From Octopus bimaculoides (lineage: Eukaryota): a stretch of DNA of 64,000 nucleotides. Shown piece after piece: positions 52,320 through 64,000 of this stretch. Positions within the stretch are counted from its first letter, which is position 1. Each line of letters begins with the position of its first letter. The stretch is from assembly GCF_001194135.2 (NCBI RefSeq), contig NC_068983.1:160136170-160200169 (forward strand), given 5' to 3'. Made by a program: the position numbers and the translations under genes. The notes beneath the pieces were generated by a model. The model saw nothing but the letters and a program-made list of their open reading frames with translations, had not been told where the DNA came from and made no database searches.

Positions 52320-53360
52320 GAATAGAGATTGATCCGAAGGTGGGAAAACCTGTAATTGTCGGGTCTCCCGACCATGTCCATTGGATGGTTTTTGTTTCCA
52401 CTATAATGTCGTATATAAATGCTGGGTAATTATCCCACGTTCCCTCCAAGCTAGGGTCAACATCAGCAGCAATGTTGACTTCAAGCATCTCTACCGAGCT
52501 CACCTGAATTCATTCTTAAACTCAACTTTCCTAGCTACATATATACACCACCTCAAGTTACAGAATATTCCCTATATCTTAGCCTGGTTCGTAGTTTGTG
52601 ACCCCCTCCCATACAATACTAACCTCCGTGTTTGTAAGTTGTGTTGAAGGGAACCGCTTACTATTCTTCGCTATCATAGTACCTCGTTACACAGTTCATT
52701 CTCTGATACAAATTTCTCGTGCAAGCACAAATATTACTCTACTTTGGCCATTACGTAATTTTTTTATAATTTCTCCTAATTATGGTTTAAGCCCTTACTT
52801 ATTACTTAGTTATACTAGCAGCATTTTTCCCTATACCCTTGAAAATTTCTTCTTATCTCAGCATGACTTCCTCCTCCCCTATCATACTCCTATTCTTTTC
52901 TTTATTGCATTCCTGTTCTTGGCTCTCTGTATGGTCAGCTACCACCCCAATTCACTTATCGTCTCCTTATTGAGATTCTCTGACCACTAGTGGCGGACTC
53001 TTTCATCACGCTGATCTTAACTCCTATCGCTGTGTTTTCTATTCTACCTCTGTTCCTTCCTTTATGTCACAGAAATCCTCCCACCATGCTTTTAATTCCT
53101 TATCTCCCTCTGTTCCTCCTACCTAAGCTGTTTATATTCTCCTTCTTCTCCCTGCCTTTTGTTCTTATTCTTCTTTTTGTCTCCCTTCAAATTTTAAATC
53201 TCTGGCACTACAATACGAACTGCTTTTACCAAACCGGACTTATTGTAATATCTCCGTGTGACTGTTTACTTATTGCATAAATGTTTGCCTATTCCATCAG
53301 CAAATTATTAACATTGTGATTACTTCGTAACCAAGAGCTTCGTGAAACAGCTGTTGAGTT
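52320..53360 (+). pseudogene. Penelope-like element 3' end: GIY-YIG region plus pyrimidine-rich 3' terminal repeat
   Basis: HYNVVYKC...DFKHLYRAHLNSFLNSTFLATYIHHLKLQNIPYILAW.VVC.PLPYNTNLRVCKLC; same lineage as 18094. A very degenerate gaaacagctgt motif occurs at about 53327-53360. Confidence 0.8.
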
Positions 53361-53449
53361 AAGAAATTATGCATTCTCTTTTTGCTATTCTTAATTTTTT
53401 TATGCTCCATGTAAATATATTTGTATATATATTTATATATGTATGTTTG

Positions 53450-53483
<34 letters not shown>

Positions 53484-53949
53484 AGGGGTGAGTGTGTGTT
53501 TGTGAAGCCTAATTGTGTTTATCTGCATCACTACTTCCATATCAACGCCTTGGATTTCTCTTATAGCTACTCTTGATGCCGTGGACGTGGTTTTGGATGA
53601 ACAATTCGGAGTTCAAGTTCAAATTCGTTTTAGCACTATATCCTTTCGATCTAGCTCTCACCTATTTTATATATACATATATATGTATATAAATATGTGT
53701 GCGTGCGTGTGCGCATGTGCTTGTATGTGTGTGCATGTGCGTGTGTGTGCGTGTGCGTATGCATGTATGTATGTATGTGTATGTATTGAATCTCGAATAA
53801 ATATTCATAATAATTTCTAAAAATTAGATGCTTCCTCCACTATTCACTTCTTCAGCATTAAGAAAACAGTGTTGCGTTATCCTTTATCTCTTTCACTCTT
53901 TTTCTTTCTCTCTCCATGTGTGTGAGTATGTATTATTCTAGACGGAAGG

Positions 53950-54310
53950 CTAAAATAATTGAGCTGCCGCGCCCTTCCACCCATACCTGCCTTGTACCAG
54001 TCTGCACAATTCTGCAAAATTTCTATAACTAGCTTCTTTGATGTTATCGCTAAGGCTGGTTTGAGATCTTCTTGTCCGCTTGTCATACGCCGCACTAGTT
54101 AAGAGGGACTTGTCAAGGTCTTGTCCTGTAGTCACTAGCGTAGCTAGAGTGTGCACTGCCCGGGGTACCCTTTCCGTTTGCCGCCTCCAGACTCCACAAA
54201 AAAACACATATTGCCTACAGCAGGCTTAAAAGTGCTGCCCGGGGTCGACCCTCCCCACCTCAGCTACGCTAGTGCTTGTAGGTACATAGACGGTAAAGGT
54301 CCATTTTCTT
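53950..54310 (-). mobile_element. RTE LINE C-terminal remnant interrupted by a MITE
   Basis: RRSQTSLSDNIKEASYRNFAELCRLVQGRYGWKGAAAQLF resembles RTE RR...W.DNIKEW......L.R.A.DR..W. Confidence 0.55.
54133..54274. mobile_element. hAT-like MITE
   Basis: Perfect 13-bp TIR cactagcgtagct / agctacgctagtg; 8-bp flanks cctgtagt and cttgtagg match at 6/8, consistent with a decayed 8-bp TSD. Confidence 0.75.
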
Positions 54311-54407
54311 TTCATGGTAGTATTTGGTAATATTTAACAGTGTTTCCTGGCATTTTTCCAGCGAATTCACTCATTAGTTCTTTTATCCGTTCAGCTTATT
54401 TTCACAA

Positions 54408-54454
<47 letters not shown>

Positions 54455-54600
54455 NNNNNNNNNNNNNNNNNNNNNNNNNNNNNNNNNNNNNNNNNNNNNN
54501 NNNNNNNNNNNNNNNNNNNNNNNNNNNNNNNNNNNNNNNNNNNNNNNNNNNNNNNNNNNNNNNNNNNNNNNNNNNNNNNNNNNNNNNNNNNNNNNNNATA

Positions 54601-54780
54601 TATACAGCAAATAAGAAAATGGAGAGGATACAAAAACGACATACATCAGCCAGTAGTCATTCTAGTATGTCTATTTATTCCAAAGTATTAGAATGCATTG
54701 GAATAAATAGACATACTAGAATGTCTACCGGCTGATGTATGTCGCTTTTGTATCCTCTTTATTTTCATATATGCCGTATA
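54601..54780. mobile_element. Palindromic foldback element, 83-bp arms and 14-nt loop
   Basis: 54601-54683 is the near-perfect reverse complement of 54698-54780; inner 26 bp perfect; TA ends. Confidence 0.85.
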
Positions 54781-55559
54781 AATTAAGGGTAAACCACTTT
54801 TTACCCGCACCCATATATAACACTCAATTGCGAGATTGTCCCGCAATAACTTGCACTTGGGTATGAAGTATGAATAATTGGGTCCACTCCCAGCAGTATA
54901 TTGGATAGGTACTATCCCTTAGTTGGTTATCTACCTCTACTTGACACAGAAATATATATATATATATATANNNNNNNNNNNNNNNNNNNNNNNNNNNNNN
55001 NNNNNNNNNNNNNNNNNNNNNNNNNNNNNNNNNNNNNNNNNNNNNNNNNNNNNNNNNNNNNNNNNNNNNNNNNNNNNNNNNNNNNNNNNNNNNNNNNNNN
55101 NNNNNNNNNNNNNNNNNNNNNNNNNNNNNNNNNNNNNNNNNNNNNNNNNNNNNNNNNNNNNNNNNNNNNNNNNNNNNNNNNNNNNNNNNNNNNNNNNNNN
55201 NNNNNNNNNNNNNNNNNNNNNNNNNNNNNNNNNNNNNNNNNNNNNNNNNNNNNNNNNNNNNNNNNNNNNNNNNNNNNNNNNNNNNNNNNNNNNNNNNNNN
55301 NNNNNNNNNNNNNNNNNNNNNNNNNNNNNNNNNNNNNNNNNNNNNNNNNNNNNNNNNNNNNNNNNNNNNNNNNNNNNNNNNNNNNNNNNNNNNTCATGTT
55401 AGACTCTGACTGTGCAACTGGTTTTGTTTTGCGCCAAAAACAGAGCACATGGTGCATAAAAATTTATAAATGAAACATTCAATATATATATATATATATA
55501 TATATCACTGTTTCGACCAGATTAGCGTATGTGTCTCTACTGCTAGTCACAACGCGCTT

Positions 55560-55750
55560 CCTCGCATTGTTTTTGCTTTCGAATGATACTATCCTACTTG
55601 GCTAGATAGGCAGACCAACACACCCATTGAGAACTGAAAGGGCAGGAGCAACATGAAAGAAAATGTTTTGCGCAAGGACAAAATGCACCACCAGTCTGGG
55701 AATCGAAACCACGATCTTGCGATTGTGAGTTCATATTCGGCCATGTGCTT
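55560..55750 (-). mobile_element. tRNA-headed SINE with CORE-like body
   Basis: Minus strand: catggccgaat...ggtttcgattcccagac...gtccttgcgcaaaac...catgttgctcc; similar body at 26545-26760 (+). Confidence 0.55.
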
Positions 55751-55875
55751 TCATATACATACATATATATGTAATCATATATACATATATACGTGTGTGT
55801 CTATATGTTTGTACGTATACGTCGACACGTAAAAATATACATGTACACATGCACAGTTACATTCACAAAGCACAG

Positions 55876-55964
<89 letters not shown>

Positions 55965-56867
55965 CGCATGCGGTGTCAGGCATCACAAGGGTACGTTTTC
56001 ACATTTCCGTAATTGAAAGCATCACCGATGCTACCATCAAAAATAGGAAGATAATAGCATTCATCTCTGTCATTACTTATTTATGTACATGCGATTTGAC
56101 CTGGATATCTTCTTCTATTCTATAAAAAGCCATCAATCTCAAAAGAAAAAAAAAACATGTTGAAAGCCTCTCAATGAATGCCAGTTTCGTCATATTTTTG
56201 TTGGAAAACGAAAACTGTAAATACCTTTGGGAGAGATACGAGAAACGGTCAAGTAATAACGTTATACTTTACTAAGTCAAAAACTTTGCGGCCATGAACA
56301 CTTTTAGCTTCCAAGAAATCAATATTCCTTAATGCATTTTCAATACCAATACCTGTATTAACATTAGGAACACTTGATTTATAATCGAAGACCATTCATT
56401 GTTTAGATAAAAAGGAAAGAAACTCAGATAATCATCATTTTTTTTCATATTTGATGGAATATCGATGGTCACATTCTAAATAGATAGCAATAGAAGTGAC
56501 CTGGATTCAGATCAGATAGCTTTCGATGTTGTGTAGTGTCACAGAGAAAGAAGACAATGAAAAATAAATACGTCAAGTACAGAGCCGTGAATCAAGAATA
56601 TATCAACATATGAACTCCTCTGGAAATGTTCAATATTTTATGAGCTTTGCGTTAAACGAAAACTACCAAACAAGCCAATTTCAGCAGTATTCTGGGTAAG
56701 AAATGTTTCTAAGTGTGTAATTGTTACACAAATTCAATTAAGGCCATCAACAAAAGAATTAATTCATCTAAGATGAACATATATCATATCACTTTATGCA
56801 TTAACATCCTTTACTCGAATATGATTTTTACTGGAACAATTACATATATAGCGCATCCGAACTTCGA

Positions 56868-56936
<69 letters not shown>

Positions 56937-57904
56937 NNNNNNNNNNTGTTATCCAAATTAAATCACAACCGATGACCTTATTGCAGGAGAACATTCAGAA
57001 ATTTTCTGGATAGCCTTCATTGTTTAAGCCGTCACGATAATAATATTCGGGGCATTAAACTAAAGCAATTTTGCATTTCAGTTGACAGATTAAATATTCT
57101 CCTTTGTTCTATTCTGGGTGGAGACAACGTAGGGTGTCGGAATTTAAAACAGTTTCTCATGTCATGGACATATTGAACTTTTTAGTGTATTTGTCATGAT
57201 AAAATGCTATCAGGGCATTCTGCAATGTGATTTGGAGCTCATGAGATAGACGTGGCCTCTAGATCGTTTAAGAAAAAAGCATTTTCTGAACAAAAAGACC
57301 GATTGGGACTGTGACAACCTGTCCATTCCATGCCACTATGGAAGGCAGATCTAATGTGATGATGATAAAAATGGATGATTTTGTGAACGAAAGCCTTCGA
57401 TTGTGACTAATGAGTGAGATTAAACAAATCTTGAGTCCGAATACTTGGTTCGTGAAAGTACGTGATCTTAAGTCAATTGTCAATCCTCAGACTTACAATT
57501 CCACGTACCAGGATATATTTAGTTAGAGAAACTTTTGTTTTACTTTACCTTAGTACAGAATTCACTGAATTCCAACAGATAGAACAATTTATTTTTTAAA
57601 TGGTTTCATTTTTTTCTCTTTTTTTTTTCAGATATGCTTTTAAATTATATGCAGTTGTGTTTTGCATACGATTCGTTCAGATTTAAGCGAGTATTACAGC
57701 TGCTATTAATGTTTGGGTATATATTTGTACAGAATAGATTTTTTAATATTTTCATTAACTAACCTAACCTAACCTAATTTACAATTTGTGATAAGTTAAG
57801 TTAGATAAGGTTAGGTTACATTAATTTATGCATAAAAACATAAATATACGTTCTTAAGTATGCATCTCAGTAAGATAATTTCATTAGGATTTTTTAGCTA
57901 AATT

Positions 57905-57940
<36 letters not shown>

Positions 57941-58299
57941 NNNNNNNNNNNNNNNNNNNNNNNNNNNNNNNNNNNNNNNNNNNNNNNNNNNNNATACATA
58001 CATACATACATACATACATACATACATACATACATACATACATACATACGTACGTACGTACGTACGTACGTGTGTGTGCATGCGTGTGTTGCTATTAATA
58101 TAGATAAACAAATACATTTTATTAAATTAAAGCAAAATCTAAGTTACAGAACATTGAAAGATTAACGGATGTACACAGAAAGATTGAATTACATAAACTG
58201 AAAAACATGAGTCAAATCAAGTTTACTCCTCTGGATTGATGTGATGAGTTAGCTGCCATCTTTCAAAAATTAAAATAATCCTTATTAATTGATGAATCC

Positions 58300-58445
58300 A
58301 GTGGCTGTGTGGTAAGTAGCATGCTTACGATCCGCATGGTTCCGGGTTCAGTCCCACTGCGTGGCACCTTGGGCAAGTGTCTTCTACTATAGCCTCGAGC
58401 CGACCATGCCCACAGTCAAATGACTAAAACAAGTAAAAGAGTATA
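58300..58445 (+). mobile_element. SINE family A with internal deletion (head fused to tail end)
   Basis: ...agcctcgagccgacc|atgcccacagtcaaatgactaaaacaagtaaaagag; about 250 bp missing. Confidence 0.85.
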
Positions 58446-58529
58446 TAAGCGTCACAAAACTAATCATCAAGAGTCTAAATAGTCTTTTTAGGAATAATTC
58501 TTATTATAAGTGTCAAAAATGGAATTGAG

Positions 58530-58827
58530 AATTGTTATATTTCGAAATGGTCATTCTTTTTTTTACCAAATAAACACCTGCACTATATACTCGTTCTTCA
58601 ATTCAACTGTACTTGTCTTAAATTTTTCGTCACACATCCTGTGACCTCTTCAACGACTCTCCATCTCACGAGTCTCCTCCTGTCTTGTTTAGTCTATATA
58701 ATGGACGACTAATTTAAGACAAAGGACACTAAAATAAGAAGGATAATAAAACTGAATGAAGAACGAGTATATAGTGCGCGTATTTATTTAGCAAAAAAAT
58801 TTGCCATCCCGAAATATATCAATAATT
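58530..58827. mobile_element. Foldback element with inverted arms and an internal hammerhead-like motif
   Basis: Perfect 21-bp inverted match 58580-58600 / 58757-58777 inside arms of about 75 bp; inner IR ttgtcttaaatt / aatttaagacaa. Confidence 0.75.
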
Positions 58828-60013
58828 ACTTTTCAACGCAAGAATCTTGCTAAACAAATGCATAAAAGTAAGAACTGAAATTGTTTTGAGCAGCAACAGC
58901 TTTGATATAAATAATTAGTGAGAAACATAGTGTAGTGTCTTGAAGATTCAAAAATATGGACTCAAATATTAAATTTACTAAATCTATATGGCAGTGCTTG
59001 GCGTTGGGCTGCTTAAAGGTGTCTGTTTTCCTGGCTTCTAATCTAACTTACCTGATATGAGAAATTGCAAATTAGTTTAGCATTAATACTCTTCGAGATG
59101 ATTTCAAGGAAATTTTTCAGTCATGAATGATGTAAATACATGCTCCCTAAAATTTGTCACCCCGTTTGTTGATTCGTTGGAATTGTAAGAAAATTGTCAT
59201 GTGGCAATAGGAAGATCTCGGAAGCATAATATATGTCACCTGTAGAAACGGAAGTAGTGTTCTCTGAAGATAATACTCTGAATGGAAATTGTTCTAAATG
59301 AAATACTTCAAGATGAAGCCATTAAATTTATTATCATTTCGCTTGTCTCATTTATACTGAATTTCAAATTAGTAAATCCAGTTTTAAAAGCTTTAAATCA
59401 CAACCTTAGTAAAGTATTTCAAAAACTTGGAGAGTTGAATTTTACACTACAAAATGTATTAGAGTTTTCTTGTATAGAAAAGCCCAAGTTATATAGAGCA
59501 TCGAGAAAGTTTCAAAAATATATTTAATCTAGGAAAGGAGGTGATTATTAGAAGCAACAATATAAAGTGAAGCAGTGAAATAACATGACGTTTTGAGGCA
59601 TATCATTGATATTTTTTTTATTTTTTGCTGTGAAAGGAGAGTAGTATTTAGTGATTCGTCGCACCAAATCGAGAAGCAAAACAACAGAAACTTCAAAATT
59701 GAATCCTATTCTCCAAGTACATGTGCTATGAGTAGAAAGATACCAGAAAGGGACAACTGCCTTCAGTTTCACTGCATATATTTTAGATCATGGAAGAAAA
59801 GTTTCATAAGGTTTTAACTTTGTAAAGGAACAAAATTTACTGGAAAAGAAACCTTAAATTTTGGCGTTATTATGAATGCAGCTTCTACGGACTGCTCGTA
59901 TGTTGAGCCGACAGTATTTCTGTTACGTTAATTTAAAGGATAGTAGGTTTACGGTACAAGAATGATTCTCAAGTTCTCAGGCTGCAATAATAAACTTGGA
60001 GAATGATTAGTCA

Positions 60014-60398
60014 TTGTTGTTAGCACTCCGTCGCTTACGACGTCGAGGATTCCAGTTGATCCGATCAACGGAACAGCCTGCTCGTGAAATTAACGTGCAA
60101 GTGGCTGAGCACTCCACAGACACGTGTACCCTTAACGTAGTTCTCGGGGATATTCAGCGTGACACGGTGTGACAAGGCTGGCCCTTCGAAATACAGGTAC
60201 AACAGAAACAGGAAGAAAGAGTCAGAGGAAGTTGTGGTGAAAGAGTACAGCAGGGTTCGCCACCCCGCACTGCCGGAGCCTCGTGGAGCATTAGGTGTTT
60301 TCACTCAATAAACACTCACAACGCCCGGTCTGGGAATCGAAACGACGATCCTATGACCGCGAGTCCGCTGCCCTAACCATTAGGCCATTACGCCTCCA
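60014..60398 (-). mobile_element. SINE family C, young full-length copy
   Basis: Reverse complement of 15450-15830 with CpGs intact. Confidence 0.9.
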
Positions 60399-61239
60399 CG
60401 ATTATTCATAAACACCTTGGAATAGAGCATTAATCTTTGGGGCAACTGCAAGGCAGTGCAAACTACCAATATGATGACATTATACAATGGATTACTCCCA
60501 AACCGAAAATACTAAAGCAGTTTTCAATGGTAATCTCTCTCCATGTGGCTGCCATGCATTCTATGTGGCATAAATACAGGTGAGTGAATACCAGAATCCC
60601 AATATAATAATAAAACAGTTCAAAAAGTTTATATATCGTTAAGTTCCACTCATAAGTAACTGGAGAAACTTAAAAATTACATACGTTTTTCTTTATGCAA
60701 TATGTCATATATACGTAGGTCTATCAGACTTGAAATTATCAAACCTTTTGCATCTTTCTTTACTGATGTTTAGTTAGCCAAGATAAGGAAGAGAGTGAAC
60801 ATAGCATTTGTATACATAAGATGTTTTATTTGTAAATCTATGTTGGATGTTTTAGTATAAACTATTAGGTCCTACAGATATTTCAACGAGTTCAATAAAA
60901 CCAGTGAGTCCACATTGGCTGTACACGTATCTAAAATTGGGACAGTTCTTGAAAGTTTGATGAATCTATCAAACAGCTAGGAAAGTATCTAGGATGAAAC
61001 CAAAGAGTCGAAATGACTGGTAGAAATGACTGATGCTGATTTGCCAGAACAGGCTTGCCTCAAAAAATCTGTATTATACATTTTCATTGATAATGTTGTT
61101 GCAGATTGATTGTATATTTTAATGTTGTTAAGCGAATGAATGAAACATTTTAATTGAAGCGAGTGGGGATGACGAATAGCTTACAATACCTAAAGGTGAG
61201 TCGGAGAAAATAAAGTCTAAGCAAATTCTTTTCTCCTCT

Positions 61240-61610
61240 AGGCACAAGGCCAGAAATTTTGGGGGAGGGAGCCAGTCGATTAGATCTACTCCAGTACACA
61301 ACTGGTACTTAATTTATCGACCCCGAAAGGGTGAAAGGCAAAGTGGACTTCAGTGGAATTTGAACTCAGGATGTAAAGACAGACAAAATACCTATTTCGT
61401 TATTGCCCACAAGGGGCTAAACATAGAGGGAACAAACAAGAACAGACGAACGGATTAAGTCGATTACATCGACCCCAGTGCGTAACTGGTACTTAATTTA
61501 TCGACCCCGAAAGGATGAAAGGCAAAGTCGACCTCGGCGGAATTTGAACTCAGAACGTAACGGCAGACGAAATACCGCTAACGATTCTGCCAGCTCGCCG
61601 CCTTGAAAGA
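61240..61610 (-). mobile_element. Two nested or tandem SINE family D copies (older left, young right)
   Basis: Minus-strand head ggcggcgagctggcagaatcgttagc...gagttcaaattccgccgaggtcgac carries A and B boxes; the core occurs twice. Confidence 0.85.
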
Positions 61611-62294
61611 ATAAGCAAATTATCAACCAAATGACCGCAATGAAGTTGTTTACACTAAGCAAGTTTTGGAAAACCAGAACGGAAATCTCTAGAACTGGTG
61701 ATATATTTATTGATTGCAAACCGATGTTACATTTCAAAATGTTTGCTTTTGAGGATACTGGTGACAATTCATTTATAGTAACATCAGCAGAAAAATTGCT
61801 TAGTTCAAGCTTAAGAAATTGTTTAGATCTACCATGCTTCAAACTTGACTTGTTTATTTAGCAAGACTGAGTATGAAATGAAAACATTGCTAGAGAAATT
61901 GATTTGGATGTGTTAGAAATCTTACGGATAAAAGTGTTAGAAAACCTCATTTCTTTAGCTGCTTAGCCTCATCATTGCTTTGTATAAAGTATATTATTAT
62001 CTGGTTATTCTGACGGACAAGAAATAACGCATTTACATAATTTTACCAATGGTCATATCCAGATAGCCTAAGTTGTCCAATTATGCTTTCATAATCATAC
62101 GAAAAAAGCTTTCTACTTCGTTCATATTTTATCATATTGTATCATTATTGTTACTTAAAAGAAGCTGTTTAGGATATATCGTCCATTCAGTCCTTTAATG
62201 CTTAATTTTGAAAAGAATTTCCTCGTTGAGAGGAAAGGTGAAGAGAAGTGGTTTTGTTACTTAGAAAGCTTCTTTCGCAGGTTTTGATAATATC

Positions 62295-62488
62295 CTTTTA
62301 TTCTTTTACCTGTTTCAGTCATTTGACTGCGGCCATGCTGGAATACCGCCTTTTAGTCGAACAAATCGAACCCAGGACATATTCTCTGTAAGCCTAGTAC
62401 TTATTCTATCAGTTTCTTTTGCCGAACCGCTAAATTACGGGTACGTAGACACACCAACATCGGTTGTCAAGCGATGGTGGGAGGAGGA

Positions 62489-62520
<32 letters not shown>
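62295..62520 (-). mobile_element. SINE family A 3' half
   Basis: ttcttttacctgtttcagtcatttgactgcggccatgctgg.... Confidence 0.9.
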
Positions 62521-62528
<8 letters not shown>

Positions 62529-62772
62529 TATATATATATATGGAGAGAGAGACAAAGAGAGAGAGAGGTAATGGTGTCAATAAGACCCAAAGGTGTCAGG
62601 TAATGCTGAGTAAGTGCTATGGATAGACCATAGTTAAGCTCCAGGTTCGGTGATTATGCAAATAAGGAGTCCAACGTAGGTCATATATCAGCATGTGTAT
62701 ATGTAAAATATTTTTCATAATGAGATAAAAAAACCAAGGCTGTGAAGATTTTAGAAGATTTATAGATAGACG

Positions 62773-62820
62773 GTCTTACAGCTGTTTCCAGGATATTTAT
62801 TATATCCCTTCATCGGAGAC
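62773..62820 (-). ncRNA. Minimal type I hammerhead ribozyme-like motif (degenerate) in a PLE 3' region
   Basis: gtct-ccgatga-a-gggatat-aataa-atatcct-g-gaa-acagctgt-a-agac: helix I gtct/agac, 7-bp helix II, palindromic helix III, GUA cleavage triplet. U4 is C and there are extra A/G bases at the base of helix II. Confidence 0.55.
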
Positions 62821-63120
62821 GGTGTGAGAAAATGGTTAAGCAATAGTTAATTTAGATAAGATACGAAATAGAGAGTGAAGTGGAGGAATGAAAATAGATG
62901 GGAGATACGTAGGGATATTGCTTTTGTAGATCCATTATTTAGGCAGAATGGTATACATATAAGATTCCAATACCTTGTGAGTAAAATCCAATAGTATTTG
63001 AAATTGGTCATACGAAGTATAGAGTTTGTACACAGTGCTATTGACTCAAGGGTTTTATTTAAAGTGACCTAAAAGTAGGGAGTACATTTGTAAGGTCAAA
63101 TCAAAAACAGGAAGAGAGGA
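62820..63120 (-). pseudogene. PLE GIY-YIG extreme C-terminus upstream of the hammerhead motif
   Basis: DQFQILLDFTHKVLESYMYTI / CLNNGSTKAISLRI resembles the PLE end F.IL....L...ES..I...P.LN. The segment 63790-64000 may be related. Confidence 0.45.
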
Positions 63121-64000
63121 ATAAAGAAAAGAGAAAAAAGAGAAGAAAAAGAAGAAAGAAGAAAAACATGAAGAGAGGAATAAAGAAAAGATAAAAAGAA
63201 AAAAGAAAAACAAGGAGAGAGATGATAAGGGAAAGTATACCAGTTAATGGTCAGTCAAGATAATTTGAAAGTAGGAATGGGGAGATGAGGATGATAGAGA
63301 TGGAAAGGTATTAGAGTGTAAAAAGATAGAAGGATGGGGGTGATAGAGAGAGGTATAATAATGTAAACGGTAAAGGAGTGTCAGTTATGTAGTGATAGAG
63401 TCTAAGTGATGGGGCAGAGAGAGGGGTAGTTGTATGGAATGAAGAATTTAGGAATATAGATTAGCTGATTGGACGGGTCAGTGCTTAGTAGTAGAAAAAA
63501 ATATATATATGTAAAGATGTATACATATGTATACATTAGACATGTGTATATATATATTTATACAGATGTTTATACATATCAATATCTACATATACAACTA
63601 GCATTCATATGTATATGTACACATGCACATCCATATATACGTGTATTTATATGTATTATCGCCCCTGTACACACAGGTATATATATATCTTGCATACATA
63701 CATACATTCACACATACACACATACATACGTGCATATACACACATACATATACACACACATATGCATGCATGCATGCATATACACACGAATATAATTAGA
63801 TGGTTGTGATATTCGACTATGAGTGAGGATTAGATAGGGATTAAGATAAGGATTAAAATGTAGATTTATAAGGTTATTGAGATTACCTAAGGGATATTGT
63901 GGAAATATACTGTATGATCTTTTAGGCATTTGGATTTGTGGTAGAATTTGAATGTGTGAAAAAAGCAGTGGTTGCATGTGCTTAGTGCCTAAATACACTC

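Larger units (their letters stand above)
59550..61960 (+). pseudogene. Decayed hAT transposase, split by two SINE insertions
   Basis: IIDIFFIFCCERRVVFSDSSHQIEKQNNRNF (59600); NFGVIMNAASTDCSYVEPTVFLLR (59857, first catalytic D region); IDNVVA/RLIVYFNVVKRMNETF (61085); VTSAEK/KLKKLFRSTMLQT*LVYLARLS/IAREIDLD (hAT dimerization domain, 61780-61915). Confidence 0.75.

Noticed and set aside
57755-57825. Telomere-like (CCTAA)3 ... TTAGG inverted motif
   Set aside because: Only a few units, internal, and molluscan telomeres are TTAGGG. More likely a small transposon-internal repeat.

Overview
AT-rich eukaryotic scaffold with many N gaps, dense microsatellites and interspersed repeats. The repeat families look like those of a coleoid cephalopod, probably Octopus; this is inferred from recalled repeat sequences, not from a database hit. 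No intact protein-coding gene, rRNA, tRNA gene or CRISPR array can be supported, and almost all long ORFs in the track are microsatellite or gap read-throughs. The window is mostly transposon remains: several tRNA-headed SINE families with exchangeable modules (my labels A, C, D), RTE LINE 3' ends (tail B), at least five Penelope-like (PLE) remnants, an R4/RLE LINE scrap, mariner, MULE and hAT transposase fossils, several MITEs, and a full-length decayed IS630/Tc1/mariner element with DD82E ('Sailor'-type) spacing. The most interesting observations are six. (1) A set of minimal hammerhead-ribozyme-like motifs with palindromic helix III lies in PLE ends and in foldback elements; none has a fully canonical core. 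(2) The full-length DD82E element. (3) A 115-bp locally templated insertion inside an RTE tail. (4) A 36-bp hairpin VNTR bracketed by in-frame canonical splice sites. (5) Long near-perfect hairpins. (6) An apparent rise in CpG content after about 47-49 kb. Host-gene exon candidates are weak and unidentified.
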